Shown: positions 19,905 through 29,224 of the stretch, in pieces | Numbering within the stretch: position 1 is the stretch's first letter | Layout: the number at the start of each line of letters is the position of its first letter | Source: Sulfurimonadaceae bacterium | Lineage (GTDB): Bacteria > Campylobacterota > Campylobacteria > Campylobacterales > Sulfurimonadaceae | Direction: 5' to 3' | Assembly: GCA_041571435.1 (NCBI GenBank) | Contig: JBFFUI010000020.1 | Span: forward strand, 1 to 36,162 | Length of the DNA stretch: 36,162 nt | The notes under the pieces: generated by a model | Database searches by the model: none | Seen by the model: the letters and a program-made list of their open reading frames with translations, nothing else | What the model was told of the DNA's origin: nothing | Translations under genes and position numbers: made by a program

Positions 19905-21131
19905 TCACTCTTTTGAAGCGTCCAGGTTTTTGTTTAGGATATCTTCTATGTCTTCGACCTTGAGCCCATGTTTAGACAGCAGCTCTTGCATCGTGGCAAA
20001 ATTACGCTCTTCGATAGAAATCGCGATCTCCAGCAGGTTGCCCAAAAGCCCTTCGCGGCCGATCAGCGCGCCTTCCACGGCAAAGTCAAGATCAAAGGCC
20101 TTGAGAGTTTTTTCGATCTCGACATCAAAGATATTGTCCATAAGCGACAGCAGTGCGACCTGACGTGCCTGCTCCTTCAGTTTGTCGCTCGGCTCCGTTT
20201 CTATTTTGGATAATATACCCAGCATGGTGTCAATGCGGTTTTGTATCAAAATGGAGTATTGGCTTTTTGTACTGTTAATATTTTTACTTGAGCGTGAGTA
20301 GATGATCATCATCAGCCACTGCTTGAGCTTGTCCGTACCGACCCGGGTTATGATCTCTTTGATGGTAGGCGAACCGCTCAGGTCGAAATTCGGGATTGAT
20401 TTGATAAATTGCAGCAGTTGAAGGGTGAGCTCATTATGGAGTTCGAACTCTTTGGCAATATCATCTATCTGGTAGTCGGATTGAAGCATATTGAAGATGC
20501 GGATCACACCGAGGTGTTTAGGGTCAAGACGGTTCTGTTCCATCGTGTGGATTTCAGCGATAAAGTAGCCCTGGAAATATTGGAAACCCAACTCTTTATA
20601 GGCATCGAAGACCTCTTGAAACTCGATCTTCTGGGCAATAAGGATCTTGCCATCGAAGAGATTGATGTTCTCTTGAAGTGTCTCTATATCTGTCTGAACG
20701 GTGTCAAACTTGACATAACTGATATAGGGCAGAACAGGACGGAAGTTACTGAGATAGTTTTCGTCGAAACGGGTGTTGTCAAGGGCAAAGGCATAACCGT
20801 TCTTATAGAGCTGTTCGAGGTTGGCGATCTCTTTTTTCCCCATGTGGATGTCCGCTGCAAGCTCGAAGACAAAGTGGTCTTTATGTAGGTTGTAGATGAT
20901 ATCGGTGAGGAGCAGGTCACCGCTGATGTTGATAAAGGCTTTGGCATCACCGATGCTCTTGTCAACACCGACCTGGTTGAGTATGTTTACGAGGACAGAC
21001 GATGTCGCGAATCTCGGGTCCGTAAAGTTTCCATTACCTTGCCCATCCCGGTAGAAAAACTCATAACCGATGGTGTTGTTATTGAGGTCAACGATAGGCT
21101 GTCTGGCCATTTTTAGTTTTTCAAACATCAT
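19905..21131 (-). CDS. EAL + HDOD domain protein (YuxH/CdgJ-like), degenerate EAL
   Basis: ARQPIVD...GYEFFYR, AFINIS, FQYFQGYF, then a helical HDOD-like C-terminus. Confidence 0.85.
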   Translation of the reverse strand: MMFEKLKMARQPIVDLNNNTIGYEFFYRDGQGNGNFTDPRFATSSVLVNILNQVGVDKSIGDAKAFINISGDLLLTDIIYNLHKDHFVFELAADIHMGKKEIANLEQLYKNGYAFALDNTRFDENYLSNFRPVLPYISYVKFDTVQTDIETLQENINLFDGKILIAQKIEFQEVFDAYKELGFQYFQGYFIAEIHTMEQNRLDPKHLGVIRIFNMLQSDYQIDDIAKEFELHNELTLQLLQFIKSIPNFDLSGSPTIKEIITRVGTDKLKQWLMMIIYSRSSKNINSTKSQYSILIQNRIDTMLGILSKIETEPSDKLKEQARQVALLSLMDNIFDVEIEKTLKAFDLDFAVEGALIGREGLLGNLLEIAISIEERNFATMQELLSKHGLKVEDIEDILNKNLDASKE

Positions 21132-21304
21132 TACCCTTTTATTATAATTGTCAATATTACACGACGTTTTCTAAGAAAGAACATAAACTATTCGCTAATT
21201 GAGCGCATTATCCTTCTGGCTTTATGGCTAAGATGTTATGATTTCTTAAAATTTTACGCAGCGCGATCTGAATTCGGGATTTGCGAAGTCACAATGGATA
21301 ATCT

Positions 21305-23905
21305 ATGAGTCAAGTCAAAACCATCTTTCTGGACGATTACACCCCTCCAAGCCACCACATAACACACACCGATCTTACGTTTGAGATCTTTGATGACCAT
21401 ACCCTGGTTATCAACCGGATGCAGATGAAGCGTATTGACAGTACTACAGACAAGCTCTACCTTCATGGCGAAGGGCTGAAACTGCTCTGTGTCAAGGTAG
21501 ATGACGTCAAGGTCGAGGGGCAGTTCGAATGTGATAAGAAGGGGATGACGCTTACATGCGACAAGGATGCGTTTGTCCTGCAGGTCGTGACCAAGATCTA
21601 CCCGGATGAGAATACGGCCCTGGAGGGGCTGTACCGCTCCGGCGAGATACTCTGTACGCAGAACGAGCCTGAAGGTTTCCGACACATCACCTACTTCATC
21701 GATCGCCCGGACAATATGTCGACGTTTACGACAACGATCATCGCTTCATCGTCACGTTACCCCATCCTGCTGAGCAACGGCAACCTTCTCGAACAGGAGG
21801 TCTATGAAGAGGGGCGCCACATGGCAAAGTGGGAAGACCCTTTTGCTAAGCCCTCTTATTTGTTTGCCCTTGTAGCAGGCGACCTGGGTGCCGTCAATGA
21901 CAGTTTCACAACGATGAGCGGACGTGAGATCGAACTCAATATCTACGTCGACAGGGACAACGAGCCAAAGTGCGGCCATGCAATGCGTTCACTCAAAAAC
22001 TCGATGAAATGGGACGAAGAGGTCTATGGACGTGAGTACGACCTAGATATCTATAACATCGTCGCCGTGGACAGTTTCAACATGGGTGCGATGGAGAACA
22101 AAGGGCTGAACATCTTCAATTCGCACTATGTCCTTGCCGATGAAGACAGTGCGACCGACCAGAACTTTATGGGTATCGAGAGCGTGATCGCACACGAATA
22201 TTTCCACAACTGGACCGGAAACCGTATCACCTGCCGCGACTGGTTCCAACTGACGCTTAAGGAGGGGCTGACAGTCTTCAGAGACCAGAGCTTCAGTGCG
22301 GATATGAATGATGCAGTCGTCCAGCGTATCAGTGATGTCAAAGCCTTGCGAGAGCGCCAGTTTGTTGAAGATGCCGGCCCGACGGCCCACCCGATCAAGC
22401 CCGAAAGTTATATCGAGATCAACAATTTCTATACCGCGACCGTCTACGAGAAAGGGGCGGAAGTGATCCGAATGATCCATACGCTTCTGGGCGAAGAGAA
22501 GTTCCGCGCGGGAATGGACCTCTATTTTGAGACCTTTGATGCCCAGGCGGTTCGAACAGAGGACTTTCTATGGGCCATGCATCAGCAGGGCGGTTTTGAC
22601 CTGGAACGTTTCTCACGCTGGTATGCACAAGAGCGCACACCGACCTTGAAAGTGCACGAAGAGTACGATGAAGAGCGACAGACCTATCGGCTGGAGCTCA
22701 AACAGATCGTTCCCGACAATGTCAAAGGCGAACCGCAGCTTCCGTATTACTTTCCGCTGGGGTTCTCACTGCTTAACGGCCAGGGAGAGAAACTCTCCTA
22801 TGCTCTGGACAGAGAGGACCAGCCTCTGTTGGAGCGTGATATCCTGATCGTTCAAGAGGCTGAAGAGCACTTTCATTTTCAGGATCTGAAAGAGCGACCG
22901 ATCTTGTCTATCAACAATCACTTCAGCGCGCCATTCAAGGTTGACCACCCCGAAGCCGACTTTGAATTCTTGATGCGATACGGCAGTGACGGTTTCAACC
23001 GTTATGAAGCGACACAGAAAGCCGCCATTAAAGCGCTGCACTTCTTTATCGAGAGCGGTGAGATAGACACCGCTTATATCGAAAGTTTCGGCACTATCTT
23101 ATCCGATGAGAATCTGGGTCTTGAGTCAAAGGCCTTTATGCTTGAACTGCCGACACTCTCGGTCTTGATGCAGGAACAGGAACAGATCGATGTTGTTCCG
23201 CTCTCCAATGCGCTCTCCGCGGTCAAAAAAGCACTTGCCACGCGTTATAAAGAGCCTATGCTGGCACTCTATGCAAAGTATCACAAACCTGACAACAGCG
23301 GACTTGATGCACAGAGCATGGGCGAAAGGGCGATCAAAAACGCCGTCTTGAACTATCTGATAAGCCTTGAAGACGATGCGATCAACAGACTCTGTTTGAA
23401 ACAGTATGATGAGAGTGTGACCATGACAGACCGTATCGTGGCGCTTGATCTTCTGGAAAATTTTGTACCTGACCTTGCACAGGATCGTTTGCAGCACTTC
23501 TATGAACGCTATAAAGAGGATACCCTGGTCATGAACAAGTACCTCTCTGTCTTGTCCGCTTCGGAGCGTGAAGGGACGATTGATCGCGTACAGGCGCTTC
23601 AAAACGATCCTGTCTATGATGTCAAAGTCCCCAACCTTGTCCGCGCACTCTTAGGTGTCTTCGCACGCAATGCCGTCGCTTTTCATGCCCCTACGGGACA
23701 CGGTTATGCTTTCTTGGCGGAAAAGGTTATCGAACTCGATGCGATCAACCCTCAGATCGCTTCGGGATTGACGACGGCATTCAGAAGTTACAGTCGTCTC
23801 AATCCGGAAAACAAAGAGCTGATGAAAGAGGCTCTGGAGATGATCCTCAATGAGAAAGAGATCTCGGCTAACGTTTATGAGATCGTCCAAAAAATCCTCG
23901 ACTAA
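21305..23905 (+). CDS. pepN: Aminopeptidase N (M1 family)
   Basis: GAMENKGLNIFN, HEYFHNWTGNR...LKEG, TVYEKGAEV, PNLVRAL. Confidence 0.98.
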   Translation: MSQVKTIFLDDYTPPSHHITHTDLTFEIFDDHTLVINRMQMKRIDSTTDKLYLHGEGLKLLCVKVDDVKVEGQFECDKKGMTLTCDKDAFVLQVVTKIYPDENTALEGLYRSGEILCTQNEPEGFRHITYFIDRPDNMSTFTTTIIASSSRYPILLSNGNLLEQEVYEEGRHMAKWEDPFAKPSYLFALVAGDLGAVNDSFTTMSGREIELNIYVDRDNEPKCGHAMRSLKNSMKWDEEVYGREYDLDIYNIVAVDSFNMGAMENKGLNIFNSHYVLADEDSATDQNFMGIESVIAHEYFHNWTGNRITCRDWFQLTLKEGLTVFRDQSFSADMNDAVVQRISDVKALRERQFVEDAGPTAHPIKPESYIEINNFYTATVYEKGAEVIRMIHTLLGEEKFRAGMDLYFETFDAQAVRTEDFLWAMHQQGGFDLERFSRWYAQERTPTLKVHEEYDEERQTYRLELKQIVPDNVKGEPQLPYYFPLGFSLLNGQGEKLSYALDREDQPLLERDILIVQEAEEHFHFQDLKERPILSINNHFSAPFKVDHPEADFEFLMRYGSDGFNRYEATQKAAIKALHFFIESGEIDTAYIESFGTILSDENLGLESKAFMLELPTLSVLMQEQEQIDVVPLSNALSAVKKALATRYKEPMLALYAKYHKPDNSGLDAQSMGERAIKNAVLNYLISLEDDAINRLCLKQYDESVTMTDRIVALDLLENFVPDLAQDRLQHFYERYKEDTLVMNKYLSVLSASEREGTIDRVQALQNDPVYDVKVPNLVRALLGVFARNAVAFHAPTGHGYAFLAEKVIELDAINPQIASGLTTAFRSYSRLNPENKELMKEALEMILNEKEISANVYEIVQKILD

Positions 23906-24093
23906 ACACCTCTTCCGACGCTGTGTGAACCCACTGCACTCACAGTGCAGAAGGTAAACGACCGTATAATCTGCTTCCAACGATAACACTGACAGACCAT
24001 ACTATCCCACCAACATGCTGCGCAATGGGCAATATGGGTAGAAACTCTATAGGTTCATCAAAATAAGATATATTATTAGGTGAATATACGACT

Positions 24094-24121
24094 TGTGATA
24101 AGAATGTGATTGTTTTGCGAT
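24094..24121 (+). promoter_or_regulatory. Three 11-bp-phased TG(T/C)GAT direct repeats upstream of sqr
   Basis: TGTGAT at 24094, TGTGAT at 24105, TGCGAT at 24116. Confidence 0.55.
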
Positions 24122-24171
24122 AAAGTTTTATTGTCGTAAAAGTAACTGTTTCTGAAATCAAAGGAGAAAAT

Positions 24172-25641
24172 ATGGCTAGGATCGTTGTTATGGGTGGTGG
24201 TGTCTCAGGACATACTGCCGCAACATTTGCCGCAAAGTGGCTGGGCAATGGGCATGAGGTGGTTGTTGTGACACCGAATGCAAAATGGAACTGGATCCCC
24301 TCTAACATCTGGGTCGGTGTCGGCGAGATGTCAAAAGAAGAGGTGACCTTTGACCTTGCGCCTGTCTACAAAAAGGCGGGTATTACCTACAAGCAGGCGA
24401 AGGCTGTCTCTTTGAACCCGGAAGGCAGTGAGAGCGAAGCAAGCCCTTTTGTCACGATCGAATATACCGGTCAGGGCAGAGAGGGTGAGATGGAAGATGT
24501 CACGTATGACTATGTCATCAATGCAACGGGTCCAAAACTTAATTTCGGTGCAACACCGGGTCTGGGTGAGGGTTCTGAGCTGGGTGAACATACGGTCTCT
24601 GTCTGTACGGCTGATCATGCGGTTCATGCGAACGAAAAGCTTCAGGAATCTATTGAGAAGATGAAGAACGGTGAACGCCAGACATTCCTGATCGGTACCG
24701 GTCACGGTATGTGTACCTGTCAGGGTGCCGCCTTTGAGTATATCTTCAATGTTGAGCATGAACTTAAAAAAGCCGGCGTCCGTCATATGGCCGATATGCA
24801 GTGGATCTCTAATGAGTCATTCCTCGGCGACTTCGGTATGGGCGGTCTGCACATGAAGGTGGGCGGGTATGTCGTCAGTTCAAAGATCTTCTCCGAGTCG
24901 CTTTATGCGGAGCGCGGTGTCGACTGGACAGTCGGTGCACACGTCTCCAAAGTTGAAGCGGGCAGAGTCGAGTATGAACTGCTTGACGGTTCAACAGGCG
25001 AAAAGAGATTTGACTTTGCGATGCTGATCCCGCCGTTTGCAGGTGTCGGTCTTAAAGCGTATGCAAAAGACGGTACAGACATCACCGACACCGTGTTCGC
25101 GCCGAACGGCTTTATGAAGGTCGATGCAAATTACGCTGCCGGTGGGTATGAGAACTGGAAAGCGTCTGACTGGCCGCGCACCTATCAGAACCCGACATAC
25201 AACAACATGTTTGCCTGCGGTATTGCTTTTGCACCGCCGCACATCATCTCCAAGCCGATGAGCTCACCAAACGGCACGCCGATCAACCCGACACCGCCGC
25301 GTACAGGTATGCCTTCGGGTATTATCGGTAAAGCGGTCGCACACTCCGTTTGTGACCTTATTACACAAGGAGATGGCGCGCATCTTCACGAAGCATCCAT
25401 GGCAGAGATGGGTGCCGCCTGTGTCGCTTCGGCAGGAAAAGGTCTTTTGACCGGTACGGCGGCAGCGATGACGGTCTACCCGGTTGTTCCTGACTTTGAC
25501 AAATACCCTGGTACAGGCCGTGATACGGATTATACCTTCGGTGAGATCGGTCTTGCAGGCCACTGGATCAAACATATTCTTCACCACATGTTTATCTACA
25601 AAGCCAAACTCAAACCAGGCTGGACACTTATCCCTGAATAG
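24172..25641 (+). CDS. sqr: Sulfide:quinone oxidoreductase, type IV (SqrD-like)
   Basis: FAD motif GGGVSG, WIPSNIWVGVG, SVCT, CQGAAFEY, PPRTGMPSG, MGAAC, GEIGLAGHWIK; pattern matches Chlorobium SqrD as recalled. Confidence 0.93.
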   Translation: MARIVVMGGGVSGHTAATFAAKWLGNGHEVVVVTPNAKWNWIPSNIWVGVGEMSKEEVTFDLAPVYKKAGITYKQAKAVSLNPEGSESEASPFVTIEYTGQGREGEMEDVTYDYVINATGPKLNFGATPGLGEGSELGEHTVSVCTADHAVHANEKLQESIEKMKNGERQTFLIGTGHGMCTCQGAAFEYIFNVEHELKKAGVRHMADMQWISNESFLGDFGMGGLHMKVGGYVVSSKIFSESLYAERGVDWTVGAHVSKVEAGRVEYELLDGSTGEKRFDFAMLIPPFAGVGLKAYAKDGTDITDTVFAPNGFMKVDANYAAGGYENWKASDWPRTYQNPTYNNMFACGIAFAPPHIISKPMSSPNGTPINPTPPRTGMPSGIIGKAVAHSVCDLITQGDGAHLHEASMAEMGAACVASAGKGLLTGTAAAMTVYPVVPDFDKYPGTGRDTDYTFGEIGLAGHWIKHILHHMFIYKAKLKPGWTLIPE

Positions 25642-25691
25642 GGGTGGCGTCTATAACAGTCAGAAAAAATTTAAAAAGAGAAGGATAGAAC

Positions 25692-25856
25692 ATGGCAAAA
25701 GAAGAAGAAGTCAACTTTGCTCGTAATGATCAATCAAACACCACTATGATCCCAGGCAGGTTTGCCCGCGCGATGCGCACAAATCTTATCTGGCAGTTTT
25801 TCCGCTTTGTGGTCATCAACCTTAAGATGCTGGTCGTCGTCAGCAAAAGTCACTAA
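25692..25856 (+). CDS. Small 54-aa protein downstream of sqr (below the ORF-track cutoff)
   Basis: AAGGA RBS at 25681-25685; MAKEEEVNFARNDQSNTTMIPGRFARAMRTNLIWQFFRFVVINLKMLVVVSKSH; hairpins follow the stop. Confidence 0.8.
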   Translation: MAKEEEVNFARNDQSNTTMIPGRFARAMRTNLIWQFFRFVVINLKMLVVVSKSH

Positions 25857-25864
25857 GGCACATT

Positions 25865-25916
25865 CAGGGCTCTGCCCTGGGTCTTTGTTTAAGCCAATCG
25901 CTTTGGTTTAGACAAA
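25865..25916 (+). terminator. Tandem hairpins closing the sqr/small-ORF unit
   Basis: CAGGGC-TCT-GCCCTG, then TTTGTTTAAGCCAA...TTGGTTTAGACAAA (14-bp stem with two G-U pairs). Confidence 0.6.
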
Positions 25917-25950
25917 TACCTGCACGGTCTCTCTCGCAAAGGTTTTATAG

Positions 25951-26763
25951 ATGGTCTTGGAACTGTTGAAGTATCCGGATGAGCGTATCCGGCTTATTTC
26001 GGGTAATGTCCGATATTTTGATGAATCGCTTCAAAATATCATTACCGATATGGTCGATACGATGAAGGCGAATGGGCTTGACGCGCTGAGTGCGATACAG
26101 ATCGGAATCCAGTACGCTGTCGTCGTGATCAAACACGGCGATGCGTACAAGCCCTATATCAACCTCCGTATCATTGGCAAGTCCGGCGAGATTACCGAAA
26201 CAGAGCGGACACCCTACTATGAGAAGATAAGCGTGGATGTCCCGCGTTATGACAAGATCAAGATCTTTTATGAAAACGAGAAGGGCGAAGCACAGTATGC
26301 CGACCTTGAAGGTGGTCTCTCCCGCGTTATCCAGCACCAGTTGGACTACAACTACGGCAGTACCTTCGTCGACAGGGTTGACAAAGAGACCCGGCAGCGC
26401 ATCGGCGATCACCTTCCAGAAGGGCTGGTCACCAGCAGCAACAGCAGCTGTCCGACCATCTTCTACAGAGACTATATAAAGCGGGGCTATAAGTATGTGA
26501 TGCTGGCCGTATGGTTTAGCTTTATAGTGCCGTTCTTCACCGATGACGCCGCTCTGCTTGAAAAGCTGTTCCTATTCGACAAAATAGCACTCGGCAGCGT
26601 GCCGTTTTTGGTGCTTGCCTACGCGACCTATGCCTATTATGAGTCGGCGAAGTATAAGCAGTGCACCAGTTGTCAGACCGGCAACATCATCGGCACGGCC
26701 GGATTTGCTCTGTTGCAGTGGCTCATACTGAACGTTGTGACCTTTTTCTGGATCAGTATCTGA
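25951..26763 (+). CDS. Peptide-deformylase-like protein with degenerate active site and C-terminal membrane domain
   Basis: PDF scaffold (YPDERIR, DMVDTM, SAIQIG, INLRI, VPRYDKI) with EGCLS replaced by ERTPY and HExDH by HQLDY; three C-terminal TMs and CTSC. Confidence 0.85.
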   Translation: MVLELLKYPDERIRLISGNVRYFDESLQNIITDMVDTMKANGLDALSAIQIGIQYAVVVIKHGDAYKPYINLRIIGKSGEITETERTPYYEKISVDVPRYDKIKIFYENEKGEAQYADLEGGLSRVIQHQLDYNYGSTFVDRVDKETRQRIGDHLPEGLVTSSNSSCPTIFYRDYIKRGYKYVMLAVWFSFIVPFFTDDAALLEKLFLFDKIALGSVPFLVLAYATYAYYESAKYKQCTSCQTGNIIGTAGFALLQWLILNVVTFFWISI

Positions 26764-26872
26764 AAACGATCTTTTTTCTGAAACCTCTCTAAATCTTCCG
26801 ACTTAGATTTCATATCGCATATTCTCCCATCGAAGCTTCAGTATGATGATGGTATTGATTTCAGGAGATATG

Positions 26873-27361
26873 ATGAAAAATGTACTGTTGGCACTAATCA
26901 CGGCGATGCTCTTTTTAGGCTGTGCAAACGAAGATAGTATCGCGGTCAAATCGAAGAGTGTTGTCGGAGCATCGCTTGAGGGTCTTGTTCTCAGCGACCA
27001 GCATGGTGTATCACACTCTCTTGCATCCGATACGAAAAGAGTTGTGTTCGCCTTTTCAAAAGATATGGGCCATCTGAGCAACGACTTTTTTAACAAACAG
27101 GCACCGAATTTTCTGGCGGAACACGATGCGGTGTTTATTGCAGATGTCAGCGGAGCGCCTTCGTTGATCAGAAGTATGTTTATCATGCCGGGGCTTCGGG
27201 ATTTCAAACATACCGTACTGGTGATCGACGATGAGAGGACGGCCGCAAGCTATCGCATCGATACCAACAGTAAACAGCTGCTGATTCTGGATGTCGACAA
27301 TTACATCATCAAAGATATCCATTTTGCGGCCACACAAGAGGAATTGCTGACCGCCTTGTAG
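26873..27361 (+). CDS. Uncharacterised lipoprotein, possible redoxin-like fold without catalytic Cys
   Basis: AGGAG RBS, lipobox FLGC, LSDQHG motif resembling redoxin N-termini. Confidence 0.7.
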   Translation: MKNVLLALITAMLFLGCANEDSIAVKSKSVVGASLEGLVLSDQHGVSHSLASDTKRVVFAFSKDMGHLSNDFFNKQAPNFLAEHDAVFIADVSGAPSLIRSMFIMPGLRDFKHTVLVIDDERTAASYRIDTNSKQLLILDVDNYIIKDIHFAATQEELLTAL

Positions 27362-27499
27362 ACCATGACGGCCGATGTAGAGCGGCGCCGTTCTTTCTCT
27401 CTTTTGACCGTTTTCAGAGCATTAGTTTACTGAGCTAACCCCTTTTAAAGTTGAACTGTCCCATTATTAGAAAATTGTTAATAAAGGCTGCATAACAGT

Positions 27500-28600
27500 A
27501 TGGAATATCTCACTCTTTTTTTCACGGCACTCATCGAGCTCTCAAATGCGATGTCACCTTATATACTCTTCGGTCTTCTCTTTGCCGGGATTTTACATGA
27601 AGTGGTTCCCGAGACTCTGGTGACCAAACATCTGGGAAAGGAGAGTGTCGGCTCCGTTGTCAAATCGACCCTATTCGGTATTCCTCTACCGGTCTGTTCT
27701 TGCGGGGTGATCCCTCTGGCGACCAGTATCAAAAAGAGCGGGGCAAGCAAGGGGGCGACGCTCTCCTTTTTGATCTCAACGCCGATCACCGGTGTGGATT
27801 CGATCCTGGCGACGTACGGAATGTTCGGCTGGGTCTTTACCCTCTACCGTGCTTTGACCTCGATGGTGATCGCGATGGCAGCAGGAATAATGACCAATAT
27901 CCTGGACAAAGAGGAAGAACAGCCTAAACCGCTCTTTACGGCTGCACCGACAGGCGGGTTTTCGATGAATGCACCGCTGAATGCAGCACAGAAAGAGGAA
28001 AAAAGCTGTTGTTCAAGCGGTTCTTGCAGCGAAGAGAGTAAAAAGTTCTCACTGAAAAGGGCAGCCCGTTACGCCTTTATTACGCTGCTCGGCGACATCG
28101 CCAAACCGCTTTTCTGGGGCCTGGTCATCGGGGCGCTTATCACGGTTGCGATACCGCAAGACCTGAGCGATATTCTGATCGAGTATTCGTGGCTCTCCTA
28201 CATCATTGTCATCGCTATCGCTGTACCGATGTATGTCTGTGCCACCGCGTCGCTGCCGATCGCCGCCGGACTGATGCTCTCCGGGGTGAGTGCCGGTGCC
28301 GCCTTCGTCTTTTTGAGTGCCGGTCCGGCGACCAATACGGTGACGATCGGCGTGGTCAAAAAGATGCTCGGTACCCGTTCGCTCTATATCTATTTGGGTA
28401 CGATTGTTGCAGGTAGCATCCTTTTCGGCCTGGGTCTGGACTACATCTTTGATATCAGTTCGATAGACCCGAAATCCCTAGTCCACATTGATGAGGAAGC
28501 GGGTCTGATCGCTATAGGAAGTTCTGTTGTATTGTGGGGGTTCGTCGCTTATTTTATCGCGGAACCCTATGGCAAAAGGGTGCTTTTAAGCAGTAGATGA
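27500..28600 (+). CDS. ArsP/DUF318 (SO_0444-like) heavy-metal permease
   Basis: GIPLPVCSCGVIP, FLISTPITGVDS, PMYVCATASLP, AGPATN, Cys-rich loop SCCSSGSCS. Confidence 0.9.
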   Translation: MEYLTLFFTALIELSNAMSPYILFGLLFAGILHEVVPETLVTKHLGKESVGSVVKSTLFGIPLPVCSCGVIPLATSIKKSGASKGATLSFLISTPITGVDSILATYGMFGWVFTLYRALTSMVIAMAAGIMTNILDKEEEQPKPLFTAAPTGGFSMNAPLNAAQKEEKSCCSSGSCSEESKKFSLKRAARYAFITLLGDIAKPLFWGLVIGALITVAIPQDLSDILIEYSWLSYIIVIAIAVPMYVCATASLPIAAGLMLSGVSAGAAFVFLSAGPATNTVTIGVVKKMLGTRSLYIYLGTIVAGSILFGLGLDYIFDISSIDPKSLVHIDEEAGLIAIGSSVVLWGFVAYFIAEPYGKRVLLSSR

Positions 28601-28628
28601 CTGCAGGTTCCAGTTTCCCTTTTTCCTA

Positions 28629-29006
28629 TCAGGGTCTGAGCAGCTGTTTATAACGTGCTCTGCTCTCTATCATGATGAGTACATTGAAGAGCAGCAGCAC
28701 GGAGGCTCCGGCCATGGCGGAAGGATCCAGAAAAAGGTGGGCCAAGAAGGCGTTTAGCATGACCGGCATCAATATCACTGCCATCAGGGCAACATATTTA
28801 TTGAGCAAAAATGCGATTCCGGCGAGGATCTCAACGATCGCGACAAGCTCCATCAGATAGCCGCTGTGTGACAAGGCGGCCAAAAAAGCACTCATGCCGA
28901 ATGTATGGTGCTGCAGTTCGATAAACCCAAAAAATTTATTGGTGCCGAAAACGATCAGCATGATACCTGCCATAATATGGACAGCCATCAAAATTTTCTT
29001 TTCCAT
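28629..29006 (-). CDS. DoxX family membrane protein
   Basis: Four TMs, FGTNKF, SGYLMELVAIVEILAG, NAFLAHLFLDP. Confidence 0.85.
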   Translation of the reverse strand: MEKKILMAVHIMAGIMLIVFGTNKFFGFIELQHHTFGMSAFLAALSHSGYLMELVAIVEILAGIAFLLNKYVALMAVILMPVMLNAFLAHLFLDPSAMAGASVLLLFNVLIMIESRARYKQLLRP

Positions 29007-29224
29007 AATATCCCCTTTGCAAAAAAGTATAACATTTTTTTATAATACCAAATTAAACAATTAAAACTCTTTAGAACATGAAACATTTTAGTTACATGAC
29101 GGCTGTAGTCATGAAGCGAACAGAAAACTCTATAGAACAAAGGAATATAATGATTGCAGAGCAGATCTAGAATCGACGGGTTGCTGATCGGTTAATGGAG
29201 AAGTTATATTATAAGGAGTCAGAT

